A stretch of 64,000 nt of DNA from Bdellovibrionota bacterium FG-1 (lineage in GTDB: Bacteria; Bdellovibrionota; UBA1018): contig JBBCAW010000004.1 in the NCBI GenBank assembly GCA_051382295.1, positions 32,001-96,000 of the forward strand. Reading direction: 5' to 3'. This document shows positions 41,489 to 53,629 of this stretch, in pieces (positions within the stretch are counted from its first letter, which is position 1; every line of letters begins with the position of its first letter). The translations under genes and the position numbers were made by a program. Below the pieces are notes generated by a model, which saw nothing but the letters and a program-made list of their open reading frames with translations, ran no database searches and was not told the DNA's origin.

Positions 41489-42682
41489 ATGATTTCGAAG
41501 CAAAGGCTCAAAATCATAATTTGCGGCATCGCCTCCGCAGTGCTGGTTTCGCTCGCGGTGGCGGTGGACTCCTATCGCCTCAACACCGCTCAAACTGCTG
41601 CGGGCCTGATGTGGGCCAGACAGGTCATGAGCCAGCTCGAAGGACTGGAACTCCAGTACCGCGAGGCAGGAAAAACAGACGCGATTGCCACGGCCATTCA
41701 AACTCTTGCTCAAGGTGTGGAGCCCAGGGTCATTCGAATCATTCGTGTCGAAGTCCAGAATGACTCAGACCCAAATCAGGAGAATTTTTCGTTTCATCGC
41801 AAGACCGGTAACTTTGACTATTTTAAGCTTTTGGTGCCAGAGAAGGGCGTCGGAGTTCGCCTCACCTTGAGCTTGGGCTATACCGGCTTTCTGGGAACTC
41901 GATCGCGCCTGGTCTCGGATTTATTGGTTTTTACCTCTTTTTTTCTCATTTTTGGTTGTGCCCTCCTAGCGTCCAGGCGATCAAGCGCCAACGAAAAACG
42001 CGAACATGTTGACACCGTTCTCTCCGGGGCAGCCGGTTGGGCAAAAGCAGCGAAGGCCCAGCTTGTGCAATTGAGCGTGCAAATCAGGGAAATGGTGCGA
42101 CACTCCCAACGTCTAGCGACCTCCTCTCGAAAGTCTCAAACCTTAGTGGGTGACCTTCGTGGAAAGATACACGCAGGGCTGAACACCCTCCATCAAGAGC
42201 GCAGAACCCTTCTGGACGCGGAGTCTGCTGCGGCCCGCGCGGAGGGGCTCGCTTTGCGGATGGCTCTCGAAGCCAACCGCGTGGGCGACGACGCCAAGCC
42301 CTTGCTAGAGATTATGAACGAGCTCCACGGATGCCTCAACTCGATGCGCTCCGCTGCTCGGCAGAATCACGGATTACTCCTTAAAATGGAAAAACAGATC
42401 GAGCCGTGGAGCACCGATGCAGATTTAGCCTTCCATACCTTTGATGAGGTCGCGCAGGCGACCCAAGCGTTGCAAACCCACATTCGGGGCACTACTGAAC
42501 TACTCATTGGCCAGGCAAGGCTTCATCGCGAGCTCGAGCCGGAAACTCCTCTGGTCGTCGACCCAGGGGCCGAGAAATACCCACTTCCCGAGCCTCTCCC
42601 ATCGCTTCAGGACACTCCAACTCCCGCCACCATTCGCCTTCGAAAAGGGCTGGAACGCCTTCACAAAAAAAAGGCGGGCTAA
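41489..42682 (+). CDS. Two-TM membrane protein with a degenerate chemoreceptor-like coiled coil
   Basis: TM-periplasmic-TM topology; LALRMALEANRVGD echoes the MCP motif LALNAAIEAARAGE. Confidence 0.55.
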   Translation: MISKQRLKIIICGIASAVLVSLAVAVDSYRLNTAQTAAGLMWARQVMSQLEGLELQYREAGKTDAIATAIQTLAQGVEPRVIRIIRVEVQNDSDPNQENFSFHRKTGNFDYFKLLVPEKGVGVRLTLSLGYTGFLGTRSRLVSDLLVFTSFFLIFGCALLASRRSSANEKREHVDTVLSGAAGWAKAAKAQLVQLSVQIREMVRHSQRLATSSRKSQTLVGDLRGKIHAGLNTLHQERRTLLDAESAAARAEGLALRMALEANRVGDDAKPLLEIMNELHGCLNSMRSAARQNHGLLLKMEKQIEPWSTDADLAFHTFDEVAQATQALQTHIRGTTELLIGQARLHRELEPETPLVVDPGAEKYPLPEPLPSLQDTPTPATIRLRKGLERLHKKKAG

Positions 42683-43470
42683 TGGGACCGCTGTCGTTGG
42701 CCAACCGCTGGATCTTTTCCGTGTTTGTGATGTTAATATTTTATGGCACCGGCCTGAATGCACAGTGCCTGGACGAAATTAATCTCGAATTGCGAAAGAA
42801 TCACGAAATCCTCAGCGAAAATAGCTTTATCGATTATCGTGGAGCCGCCGCTTTTGACCGGGTTTTTGGAAAAACTTTTGCCCAAACACTCCGTCTTCTC
42901 AATGAAAAAGCAATCGCTGCTAACGAGCCCGTCCGGTGGTTGGATTCTGGGGCGGGGGGCGCCGATGCCATTTCTGAATTTTCCCAGCTCTTAGGGCTTG
43001 ATCGAAAATTCAACTATGTGGCTCTTGGCTTTAAGAAACCGTCCGGCGCTAAGGGCATCTATACAATGGAGACAGTCCCTGGCAAACGGTTTCGGTATCT
43101 GTCTGATCGCTACATCGAAGACTACGCTCACCCCACTCAGGAGATTGGCCCCTGTGATTTGATTTCAGATTTTTTTGGGCCTATCGCCTATACAGCGGCA
43201 GTTGATGTGGTGATAAAGAAGTATCTTGAACTTCTAAAAGTGGGCGGAAAAGCCTATCTCCTGATTCCGCATAACCTTAAGATCAAGAACATGTATTTCT
43301 ATGATTATCTCCGAAAAATTTCAGGGTTGACCGTTGAATCGCGACCATACGATGCCCTGAACTCAGTTTATGAACTCACCAAGACGGGACAAACGGGTGA
43401 CGCGCCAAGCCTCAAGCTCACCCACTTTTTGAGCGGCGAACCTCCCTCACGCGAGTTCGAACTCAAGTAA
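42682..43470 (+). CDS. Class I SAM-methyltransferase-like protein with apparent signal peptide
   Basis: WLDSGAGGA, CDLISDFFG, LLKVGGKAYL. Confidence 0.6.
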   Translation: MGPLSLANRWIFSVFVMLIFYGTGLNAQCLDEINLELRKNHEILSENSFIDYRGAAAFDRVFGKTFAQTLRLLNEKAIAANEPVRWLDSGAGGADAISEFSQLLGLDRKFNYVALGFKKPSGAKGIYTMETVPGKRFRYLSDRYIEDYAHPTQEIGPCDLISDFFGPIAYTAAVDVVIKKYLELLKVGGKAYLLIPHNLKIKNMYFYDYLRKISGLTVESRPYDALNSVYELTKTGQTGDAPSLKLTHFLSGEPPSREFELK

Positions 43471-44718
43471 TTAATAAGCCCGCTTTAACTCATCCAAATG
43501 CATCTGCAAAAATTTCCCACGCCGACTGCACATGAGATTGTCCGTGTCGATTTGGTAATTAATCATCATCTTACGAGCGGTATCATAGAACTCGATATAG
43601 CAATCCGGATAGCCCAAAACATGGCCAAACTCATGGCGAATCGTCCATCGCGTTGTGTATTCTTGAATCGAACGATTGGCGTCCATCGTAATGGTATTTC
43701 CACCCAACCCATCCACATGGGGCGTCACGCCTGGCTCGAAAACGACCTCAGGAGTACCGAAGGAACCGGAGATGAAATTCAGTCGAAGGTGAAAGGCTTG
43801 AAGGCGCCACTCGTCTTCGATGTTGAGCTGCAGCCAATCCTGAACCGATTTTTCACCAGGATGGGTAAAGGGGACATTGAAAACGAGACCGCTCGAATCG
43901 AAGCGCGAATCAGCACGCGAATTCTGAATTCTAAAAAAGGCATCAAACATCCGCCTGGCGCTTATTTGATATAACTGATGAAAACTCAGGGGCTGTCCAT
44001 TCGCCGTAATGGATCGATCGAGTGCCGTCCCGCAAGCCGAGTGTGATTTACCGCTGTTGTGACACTCGCTGATCAACCAACCCCGTAAGAGATCTCGTTT
44101 GGTCGGTTCAAGCGAAGACCAGTTGGATAACTTGGCCGCGAGTTCGGGCTCCTTGGCTAAAAAGTAATACCCCCGAATGTCCATGGTCGATCGAGAGGCA
44201 TAGGATTGAAGAGCTGGCTCTTGCAATAACCATCGACTTGCAGCTTGATAGACCCGATCCACACCGCGAGCGATGTCCAAAAATTTCATGTCATCCAGAG
44301 GGACTTGCGCACTCGGAGGCGTTTGGCCGCTGAGCACTGCCGCGACCGACTCTGGAAGCGAGAGTTGCATTGTGGCAAAATCCTTCTGGATCAACGTGGG
44401 ATTGGATTCCCGTGGATGATCAATTGGAATGCCGACTTGAGTTTCTGGCGTTGATAGTTCAAGACGATTATTTTCGGGTCGATTCTGGTTGATGAGATCC
44501 AGCCAATCGAGATTCCTTTTCCCATAATCCAGAATTTGTTGCAGCGGACCTCGGGTTTGCACTCCTGAATTCGCCAAGAGTGCGCGATATTCGGTCCCAT
44601 CCATATCGAGTTCAAGATGGGGAAGTTCCTGAGTAGAAAAACCGTAAGCCTGAGTTCCCATTATCCGAATTAGAAACACGCATCCCAAAACAAACATGGC
44701 CTTCTGTGGCTTTTTCAT
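43471..44718 (-). CDS. Secreted metzincin-like zinc metalloprotease
   Basis: Signal peptide, HEFGHVLGYPD, NLMCS Met-turn. GGAGG RBS. Confidence 0.75.
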   Translation of the reverse strand: MKKPQKAMFVLGCVFLIRIMGTQAYGFSTQELPHLELDMDGTEYRALLANSGVQTRGPLQQILDYGKRNLDWLDLINQNRPENNRLELSTPETQVGIPIDHPRESNPTLIQKDFATMQLSLPESVAAVLSGQTPPSAQVPLDDMKFLDIARGVDRVYQAASRWLLQEPALQSYASRSTMDIRGYYFLAKEPELAAKLSNWSSLEPTKRDLLRGWLISECHNSGKSHSACGTALDRSITANGQPLSFHQLYQISARRMFDAFFRIQNSRADSRFDSSGLVFNVPFTHPGEKSVQDWLQLNIEDEWRLQAFHLRLNFISGSFGTPEVVFEPGVTPHVDGLGGNTITMDANRSIQEYTTRWTIRHEFGHVLGYPDCYIEFYDTARKMMINYQIDTDNLMCSRRGKFLQMHLDELKRAY

Positions 44719-44803
44719 CAGTTCCTCCAATGAACATTGAAATCGACATAGACAAAGAATGAATTGCCTGAAAAGCGTAACAAACCAAGCGGGCAGCCGC
44801 AAG

Positions 44804-46834
<2,031 letters not shown>

Positions 46835-46841
46835 TCAAATT

Positions 46842-48452
46842 CTAAAAATACGCGACGACACTTGGCAATAGCGTAAAGGTCTTTTGGGAGAGGGTGTTTC
46901 CATTGTCATAGGTCCCCCCGGTACCATGAATTTCAAAGCCAAATTGAAAGGTAATCCTCGGCAAATAGCGGTAATAACCGCCCAAATAAATGCGCGCATT
47001 ATGAGAAGAAGCCAATGAAATCGACGTCAAGCCGGCTTCGGTCCCGCTATTCAAAAGGCCAAACTCAAGATCCAGCTTGGCACCCCAATGACCCCGCAAG
47101 GGAATGTCTCCCCCCAGTCCCAGCATCACGGATTTCACGCTAAAGGGCGCTGTCAGCTCAACGTCCGAAATCGGCAAGTTTACTGAGTTGCCCAGATAAC
47201 CGATCTTAACCCAGGCTTTAGGACCAAAAAAATCACCCGAAACCAAATACGAATACCCCAAATCTAGCTTCGTGGACAGAATACTTCCGCTCACCCCACT
47301 GGCGGTCGTGGCGGTGCCGTCCGCAATATTTTTTTGCGAATAGCCGAAAGTTCCATAGCCCATTTCAAAGTCAGCGAAAACCGCTCGAGTAATCCAAAGT
47401 TCACCTTCGCCCCGCGCGCCATACACAAAGCCGCTTCCGGTCACCCCGGTCGTCGCGGTCGTGTTACTGGCTTCGCGAGTAAAAGTTCCCATCAGAAGCG
47501 AGACGTGTCCAAATCCGAGTTGGGCCGGCGGAGATTCTGACTGCGAAGACGGCGTCGTGAGGTCAGACGCATTTTCAGCAAGGACGGTTTCAGAACCTGA
47601 GTCCGCATATTTTGCGACTTTTACGGAACGTGGAATGATCTGGATGATTTTTTGATATCGACCGACCTTACGCTTCTCTTCCTCAGAGACGACGTGGCAA
47701 AAGGCCATCGCTTCATCCGCTTGATCGACTTCGATCCGACCGGTAGGGGTTATTCGCCAATCGACAATCTGCTTCAGTAACGGATGTTTTTTGACTTCGT
47801 CTAAGGTCCCCACCAAAAGGGTATCGCCCCGATGAACCCCTGAAAGCAGCCCTAAATTAACGGTTACTGCACGGTCATCTCGCCCGGTAACCTCGCCAAT
47901 AAACGGAACCCGCTTAAAAAGATTATCGAGCGCCACCTTAAATGAGCCTGTGATATCCCCTAGGCCCGGAAAGCCGCTCCCCTTTTGCCCATCGTCGCCA
48001 GCCGGGGTACCCCGACCTGGATCAGAGAGCGAAAACGACTCACTGGCCAAGACTTCCATTCCTGGTGCATGAAGCCATTCCACCGTAAAGCGATATTCCG
48101 GTCCCTGCCGGCGAATCCGGGTGCGCAGCAGACTTTGGATTTTCATCGAGCGCGAAAGCTGTGCAAGGACCTCTGGATCTTCGATGGCTTTAGTATAGGG
48201 AATTTTAGATTGGGCCAGGAGGGTGTTGGCCTTGGATAGATCGACGAAACGGAAACGGCTCTGATGTAAAAAATAGTCCTTGTATGCAATAGTGACATAA
48301 TCGGCAAACAGTCCATCCACGTTATCCGTCGCGTTCAGGGATCCAATTGCATTGAGGAAATATTTTTGATCAACCTCCGTCGTAGCCTCCGCCGAACCGG
48401 TAGCCAGGATGATGCAGCAAAAGGTGAGGACTGGGCGTATAAAATTACCCAT
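46842..48452 (-). CDS. Exported protein with periplasmic domains and a C-terminal OM beta-barrel
   Basis: Signal peptide; VNLG..SGVHRGD (FlgT-C-like); amphipathic strands; terminal VVAYF. Confidence 0.6.
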   Translation of the reverse strand: MGNFIRPVLTFCCIILATGSAEATTEVDQKYFLNAIGSLNATDNVDGLFADYVTIAYKDYFLHQSRFRFVDLSKANTLLAQSKIPYTKAIEDPEVLAQLSRSMKIQSLLRTRIRRQGPEYRFTVEWLHAPGMEVLASESFSLSDPGRGTPAGDDGQKGSGFPGLGDITGSFKVALDNLFKRVPFIGEVTGRDDRAVTVNLGLLSGVHRGDTLLVGTLDEVKKHPLLKQIVDWRITPTGRIEVDQADEAMAFCHVVSEEEKRKVGRYQKIIQIIPRSVKVAKYADSGSETVLAENASDLTTPSSQSESPPAQLGFGHVSLLMGTFTREASNTTATTGVTGSGFVYGARGEGELWITRAVFADFEMGYGTFGYSQKNIADGTATTASGVSGSILSTKLDLGYSYLVSGDFFGPKAWVKIGYLGNSVNLPISDVELTAPFSVKSVMLGLGGDIPLRGHWGAKLDLEFGLLNSGTEAGLTSISLASSHNARIYLGGYYRYLPRITFQFGFEIHGTGGTYDNGNTLSQKTFTLLPSVVAYF

Positions 48453-48753
48453 TCGTACTCAGGGGGGAATTCAGTTGTTCTTCATAGATCGCAACGAGCA
48501 TCTTGAGCTCCGCAATTTCTTCTTGAGCGGCCAACAACTGAAGCCTCATAGTTTGCGCATCGGTTTCCCTTTTTACATCCAAGTCCCTTTCGGGCGCGTG
48601 AAATGGTTTTTCCGAAAAGCTCAGTAAATATCGGCCATTTTCCACTTTATAAAGGATCTTATTGGCTTTGATATACCGCCGCAGTGTCGAAAGACTGACA
48701 CCACTTTTGATGGCATACTCCATCAACGGGAGCCACTCGATTTCAGGACTCAT
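48445..48753 (-). CDS. Small excisionase/MerR-like HTH + coiled-coil protein
   Basis: WLPLMEYA..GVSLSTLRRYIK...ENGRY; EIAELKMLVAIYE. Confidence 0.7.
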   Translation of the reverse strand: MSPEIEWLPLMEYAIKSGVSLSTLRRYIKANKILYKVENGRYLLSFSEKPFHAPERDLDVKRETDAQTMRLQLLAAQEEIAELKMLVAIYEEQLNSPLSTNG

Positions 48754-48858
48754 TCCCTTGACGGGATTCTTATAAAAAACGCCTTGATCTATTTCACCCA
48801 TATATTCTCATTCTTAATTGTATTTCCATGCGAATGAAATTCAAGTACCCTGTTCATT

Positions 48859-50199
48859 ATGTCAGATTCCCAACCAGGTCCTATACCCGGTCCAAGGCGT
48901 CGAGCAGCAAGTGATCGTATCCAAATTGGCCCTAAACGCAAAATAGCTTTTGTTTGTAGCGGCGGCGCCACTAAAGCCGGAGCATTTCACTTGGGTGTTG
49001 CCCTTGCTCTCAAGGAACAGGGGTTCAAGTTCTTTGGAGGAATGGTCCCTGTCACGGGTCCAGCCCCCACGCCAGGTCCGATGGATATATCGACCTACGT
49101 GGGCTCCAGCGCAGGGTCAATTATCGCCACCTACTTGGCAGCCGGTTATAGTCTGGATAACATCTTTAATTCCTTTTTGGGGCGAAAACCGAAAGAGCCG
49201 CTCTCTCCGAGCGAACTTTTACCCAAGCCGTTGCCACGGCTGACTTACCAAAAGATGTTCAGGCTGCGTCCCGAATTGGCCCGCGAACAGCTGACTCAGC
49301 TTTCTTTTTTTAAAAAAACCTTCTCCACGATCCTAGAGGGGGATTGGCAGGCGCTTTTGCAGCTCAAATGGCTGAAGGCGACCGGGATATTTTCGACCGC
49401 GGGAATTGAGCAATACCTTCGCGAAGACGTGCTTCTGTCCAACCGGTTTCAGGACTATTTGGCAGATTTGTTTTGCGTCGCCACCCAACTGAACCATTCA
49501 CGCAAGGTGGTCTTTGGAAAATATAGTTATCAGCCACCGCCTTGGGACCTCACCTGCCAATACGATAATGACGTGGGGATCTCGGACGCTTGCGCAGCGA
49601 GCGCCGCCTTGCCGGTCATCTTTGCGCCACACCCGATCCGGAACCAAAGTGGAAAGATAATTTATTATATTGATGGAGAGATCCGCGACACCTTGTCGAC
49701 CCATGTCGCGATCGATTCGGGGGCAGACCTCGTGTTTGCGAGTTACACCCACAAACCCTACCATTTTTTGCGTGAAATCGGCTCTTTGACTGACCACGGG
49801 CTTCCAGCCATTGTGATTCAGTCGATCTATTTATTGATCGAGCAAAAAATCAACGCTCATGTTTACAACCGACAAATCCATCGCAACGCAATCACGGAAG
49901 TTTCGCGCTTTTGCAAAGATAGCGGGATTTCTGAGGAACAGCGAAAGAAGATTTGCGGCATCATGGAGCAAGAGCTCCATTACCGAATGGATGTGGATGT
50001 GATTTATATCCACCCGAGTTCGACAGATGCCTCGGCGTTCTTTGGGGAGCATTTTAGCTTATCTCCCAACAAGATGGCCGAGATCGTAAAGAGCGGTTTT
50101 CGGAGTTGTATCGATACGTTACGACGATATGACTTTGCTGATCGCAAAAAAGACCTCGCGATGGGACTGACTGACGAAGGTGCTAAAATCGCAACTTGA
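48859..50199 (+). CDS. Patatin-like phospholipase
   Basis: SGGATKA oxyanion, GSSAG nucleophile, ASAALP, IDG. Confidence 0.88.
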   Translation: MSDSQPGPIPGPRRRAASDRIQIGPKRKIAFVCSGGATKAGAFHLGVALALKEQGFKFFGGMVPVTGPAPTPGPMDISTYVGSSAGSIIATYLAAGYSLDNIFNSFLGRKPKEPLSPSELLPKPLPRLTYQKMFRLRPELAREQLTQLSFFKKTFSTILEGDWQALLQLKWLKATGIFSTAGIEQYLREDVLLSNRFQDYLADLFCVATQLNHSRKVVFGKYSYQPPPWDLTCQYDNDVGISDACAASAALPVIFAPHPIRNQSGKIIYYIDGEIRDTLSTHVAIDSGADLVFASYTHKPYHFLREIGSLTDHGLPAIVIQSIYLLIEQKINAHVYNRQIHRNAITEVSRFCKDSGISEEQRKKICGIMEQELHYRMDVDVIYIHPSSTDASAFFGEHFSLSPNKMAEIVKSGFRSCIDTLRRYDFADRKKDLAMGLTDEGAKIAT

Positions 50200-50407
50200 T
50201 TTTAGTTGTTGTCGCCCAGGCGCAAGTGCGTTATGAAGCAAATCGGTTTGGGCATCCAGAAGTTCCGGCATAATTTAGTCGGAGCTCTTGTGTTGGATGC
50301 CATCGTCGCGGATGCTGTTGCCGCCGAAGCAATTGCTGAAGGCGCATTACGCCGCGACTAGATTTTTTGACTTGCGAGGAAAGGTTTTATCTCCACTCAA
50401 GATTCAC

Positions 50408-50973
50408 TCAAGAATTCAAGATCGCCTTCCTCGGAAACACCAACGTAACCTCTGCCCCACGAGCCGAGTTGGAAAACTCCGCGCGACCCCCCAGGCTCTC
50501 CATGCAATCATTGCCGTGGCGGAGATCGAAAAAACAATGTCCGAAAAAGCCGGATTCTGAAGTGCAAATTTGTGTTTTTCCCAGGTGAGATAAAACACTA
50601 ACAAATAGCCCAAAACCCACACCAAAAGCAGCGGACGAAACACCTTTTTTGGAACTGAAAACATAAAAGAGACACCAATTGAGAGCTGGCAAAAGGCGAA
50701 ATAGTAAAGCGGCCGGTACCACTGACCCTGCATCGTATAAAGCATCGCGTGAATACCCACGAGCGTGTTGGCTGTAACGGATTTATAATCCCGCCAAAGC
50801 CAACCCGCTAAAATGAACGCCGTAACGATCAAAAAGGCTTTTTCGATAAAATAAAGCTGCCGCTGCGACTCCGCTAGCATCGGCAGCTCCGTCAAGACAA
50901 TCAAGATGCCTTGCGAGGCATACAGAATCATCGCGACCGTCGCACCCAGCCGATATTTATTTTGTCCCATCAT
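50408..50973 (-). pseudogene. Sensor histidine kinase remnant
   Basis: Multi-TM N-terminus joined out of frame to an HATPase-like end MESLGGRAEFSNSARGAEVTLVFP. HisKA and most of the ATPase domain are absent. Confidence 0.65.
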
Positions 50974-51640
50974 TCCTATTCTTTTCGTACAAATAGCCTT
51001 TGCCCCGAATCGACCGAAGGCGATCCCGCAATGCTGGAATCTTTTTTTTGAGGTTTAACAGGTGCGTATCCAAAAGATTGTCGGCGATCACACGGCCATC
51101 CCAAACCCGGGCGACAATTTCCTCACGAGAGAGTCGCTTTCCCGCGCTCGCTTCAAAAACTTAAAGTAATCGGAACTCGATGTCCGTGAGAGTAGGCTCA
51201 TGCAACTCGATTTGATTTGAATCGACCCCGTCATCGCCTTTCTCTGAATGAGTGAGGCCCTTTTGTCTTCGGCGGTATTCGTGCGCCGCATCCTTCACCG
51301 TCGCCATGAAAAGCACGTATTTGACTGGCTTTTCTAAAATGGCAAAAACGTGCAGATTAGCCGCCATCATGGCGACTTCCTTGTCAGCGTAAGCGGTCAC
51401 CAAAATCACGGGGGCAAGGATACGAGCTTCTTTCACGCGCCTCAGGATCTCGGCCCCATCCGTAAACTGCATTTTATAGTCAAAAATGATCACATGAACC
51501 TGATCCAGCAGCGAAACCGCCCAACACGGATCCGTCATCGAAATGACCTCGTATTCGAGCTGAAGGGCGAGAGTCGTCGCTCTTAAAAACGTCGGGTCAT
51601 CGTCAATCATGAGAATTTTAGCGCGAGGTTGCATGGACAA
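50957..51640 (-). pseudogene. OmpR-family response regulator with an in-frame TAA
   Basis: REC domain (IDDD, FDYKM, VTA, EKP); LTDIEFRLL*VFEASAGKRLSREEIVARVWD...LDTHLLNLKKKI...SIRGKGY continues in the same frame. Confidence 0.85.
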
Positions 51641-51733
51641 AACACCTTGTGATTATGTTTTTTTGAATGGTATAATAGCATAAGCTTTTCAGGCAAGCTT
51701 TAATACCTGGAAAACCTCGTTGACTAAAACGAC

Positions 51734-52210
51734 TTACAGGTCAGAAAAGTCAATCGTTTCACAATCCGAACCCTTCGTAACCGTTCCACTCGCATTTCGA
51801 CCCAAGCATTTATCCATGATGATCACCGCCTTGAGCGCGCCTAAAGGTGAGATCTGGGCCAGGGTCGTGCGATTCAGAACAGGGGGCCACCCGCGCACGA
51901 TGGCCATGTAGTCCACGATCGCGCGCGCGATTCGGTCGTTTTGCGCCGTGAGTGGAAATAGCTGGGTAATGCGGTTGTGATACGCGAGAATCAGAGCGCC
52001 AGCATCTCGCAAGAGCGGTTTATCCCGCGCTGAAGCATGCCTCGGATCAAAGAGTGCCGCATTGAGCTCATTGAGAAGATCTGAAAAGGCCTGCGCTTCG
52101 GTCATCGGAGTGGTTGCGGGGGTTCCCAAGTGGTGGCCGCAGCTTGTCCACGTCGAGGCTGCAAGCAAAAGCGCGGTCGCGCGCAGGACGTATGATTTTG
52201 AAACTGACAT
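51734..52210 (-). CDS. Hypothetical lipoprotein
   Basis: Signal with WTSC lipobox; starts just after the Fic gene stop. Confidence 0.6.
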   Translation of the reverse strand: MSVSKSYVLRATALLLAASTWTSCGHHLGTPATTPMTEAQAFSDLLNELNAALFDPRHASARDKPLLRDAGALILAYHNRITQLFPLTAQNDRIARAIVDYMAIVRGWPPVLNRTTLAQISPLGALKAVIIMDKCLGRNASGTVTKGSDCETIDFSDL

Positions 52211-52221
52211 AAAAATTCCTT

Positions 52222-53553
52222 TTACCAAGGCCTTGGACCCGGCGTCATGGGTACGACCGTGCATAGGTCCTTCCAATCAATAGATAAGGTTTGTTTGACT
52301 GGCTTGCCCTCCAGATAGTCCGCGCAACCTTCCAAAATATTTTGCGTCCGCTCTAAGCCCTGGGCGATTTGCTCGGCCCATCCTTCTTCGCTGTAATTGA
52401 GGTCATTCCAAGTCGTCCAATACAGCGGCGTGGGGAGTCCGAGGCTTCTTAAGAGGTAGTCGGCGAGCAATCGAACCGTACGGCCGTTTCCGTCGTTAAA
52501 TGGGTGAATGCCGAGGAGCCAGTGCTCTAGACGCGCGACGGTGCGGAGGGGATCAGCGGGCTTTTCTGTGGAAAGCTGAGGCTGGTACCAAGTGCGCGTG
52601 GTTTGGTTGATGCTTTCGAGCGCTTCGGCGGTCCGTAACGGGATTTGGTCGACTGCCAAGAACGTAAAAAATCCGCATTGCCTGCGAACCGTCTTGCCGT
52701 CTTCAATCGAGTCAAAACCAAATGACGGATTTTGGTCCAAAGCGTTGAGGACCTCGATCTTGAGTACGGGCCAGATGGCCTTTCCATCGCTATCCATCCT
52801 GCCATTCGGAAAGACGAGGGCTTCTTCGCGAGCAGTTAGCTCGCGCGGGGATTCGTCCAGGCAGTGGATCGGGTGAAACTCTCCCATCGGATGAGAATCC
52901 GCAGTAGGCAAACCCTGGGCGTCGACCGGATATTTGAGGTGGTCAAAGGTGTGCTCCGTGATCGCGTCCTTGTGGTAATAGTACCCGAACTCCACATGAC
53001 CCTGCCTGAAGCCATCATACATGTCGGGTGGCAAATCGATTCCCCAGTCCACCAGTCCGTGAAAGGCTTTGGTGTGAACCGTCATCATCATCGCAACGTC
53101 GATCGGTGCTAGACCCAAAGCGTGGGACTCAGTGGCCGTAGTCCAGTTTTCAGCGACTTTGCTGTCGATCCATAGCGCTGCGTCCTGCCATTTTGAAAAA
53201 ACTTCGGGCGTGGGATCTTGGCCGTACTTGGTCGAATAGATCCACCAAGGATCTCCGTGAGCCCGCGTCCCAAGCCAACCTAAATAATCGGAGGATAAAT
53301 TGACCAACCTTGGCCCCAAAACTCCTCTGAGCCTCAACGCGGAATGCCCGTGAATACGGGCCTGTGCTGATTCAAAAGCAGTATATAGGTCACAAAGGTT
53401 CGCAAAACGCGTGGTCGCCAAGGCCGGGCTCTTCATGCTCGCAAGCCAGGAGGGGCAATCGGCTGCCCCCGCAAGAGGGGAGCAGGTAAGGGTGAGCAAA
53501 ACAGCAAAATTTCTCAAACAAAACAGATAGTTTCTCATGCTTCGGCGAGTCAT
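52222..53553 (-). CDS. Fic-domain protein with N-terminal signal peptide
   Basis: HPFNDGNGRTVR canonical Fic motif; FAVLLTLTCSPLAGA-AD signal. Confidence 0.85.
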   Translation of the reverse strand: MTRRSMRNYLFCLRNFAVLLTLTCSPLAGAADCPSWLASMKSPALATTRFANLCDLYTAFESAQARIHGHSALRLRGVLGPRLVNLSSDYLGWLGTRAHGDPWWIYSTKYGQDPTPEVFSKWQDAALWIDSKVAENWTTATESHALGLAPIDVAMMMTVHTKAFHGLVDWGIDLPPDMYDGFRQGHVEFGYYYHKDAITEHTFDHLKYPVDAQGLPTADSHPMGEFHPIHCLDESPRELTAREEALVFPNGRMDSDGKAIWPVLKIEVLNALDQNPSFGFDSIEDGKTVRRQCGFFTFLAVDQIPLRTAEALESINQTTRTWYQPQLSTEKPADPLRTVARLEHWLLGIHPFNDGNGRTVRLLADYLLRSLGLPTPLYWTTWNDLNYSEEGWAEQIAQGLERTQNILEGCADYLEGKPVKQTLSIDWKDLCTVVPMTPGPRPW

Positions 53554-53629
53554 AACAAGCGAGGTCCTCGTTGTAAAGTGTTCAATTGTGCTTGTTAATT
53601 AATACACTGCGCTATAAAGGGGTAGCGCC

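Noticed and set aside
50233..50361. 42-aa plus-strand ORF MKQIGLGIQKF...
   Set aside because: No RBS or recognisable motif, and it lies in a decayed region.
51161..51163. Recoded stop or alternative genetic code
   Set aside because: TAA terminates many intact genes here, and the partner kinase is also broken.
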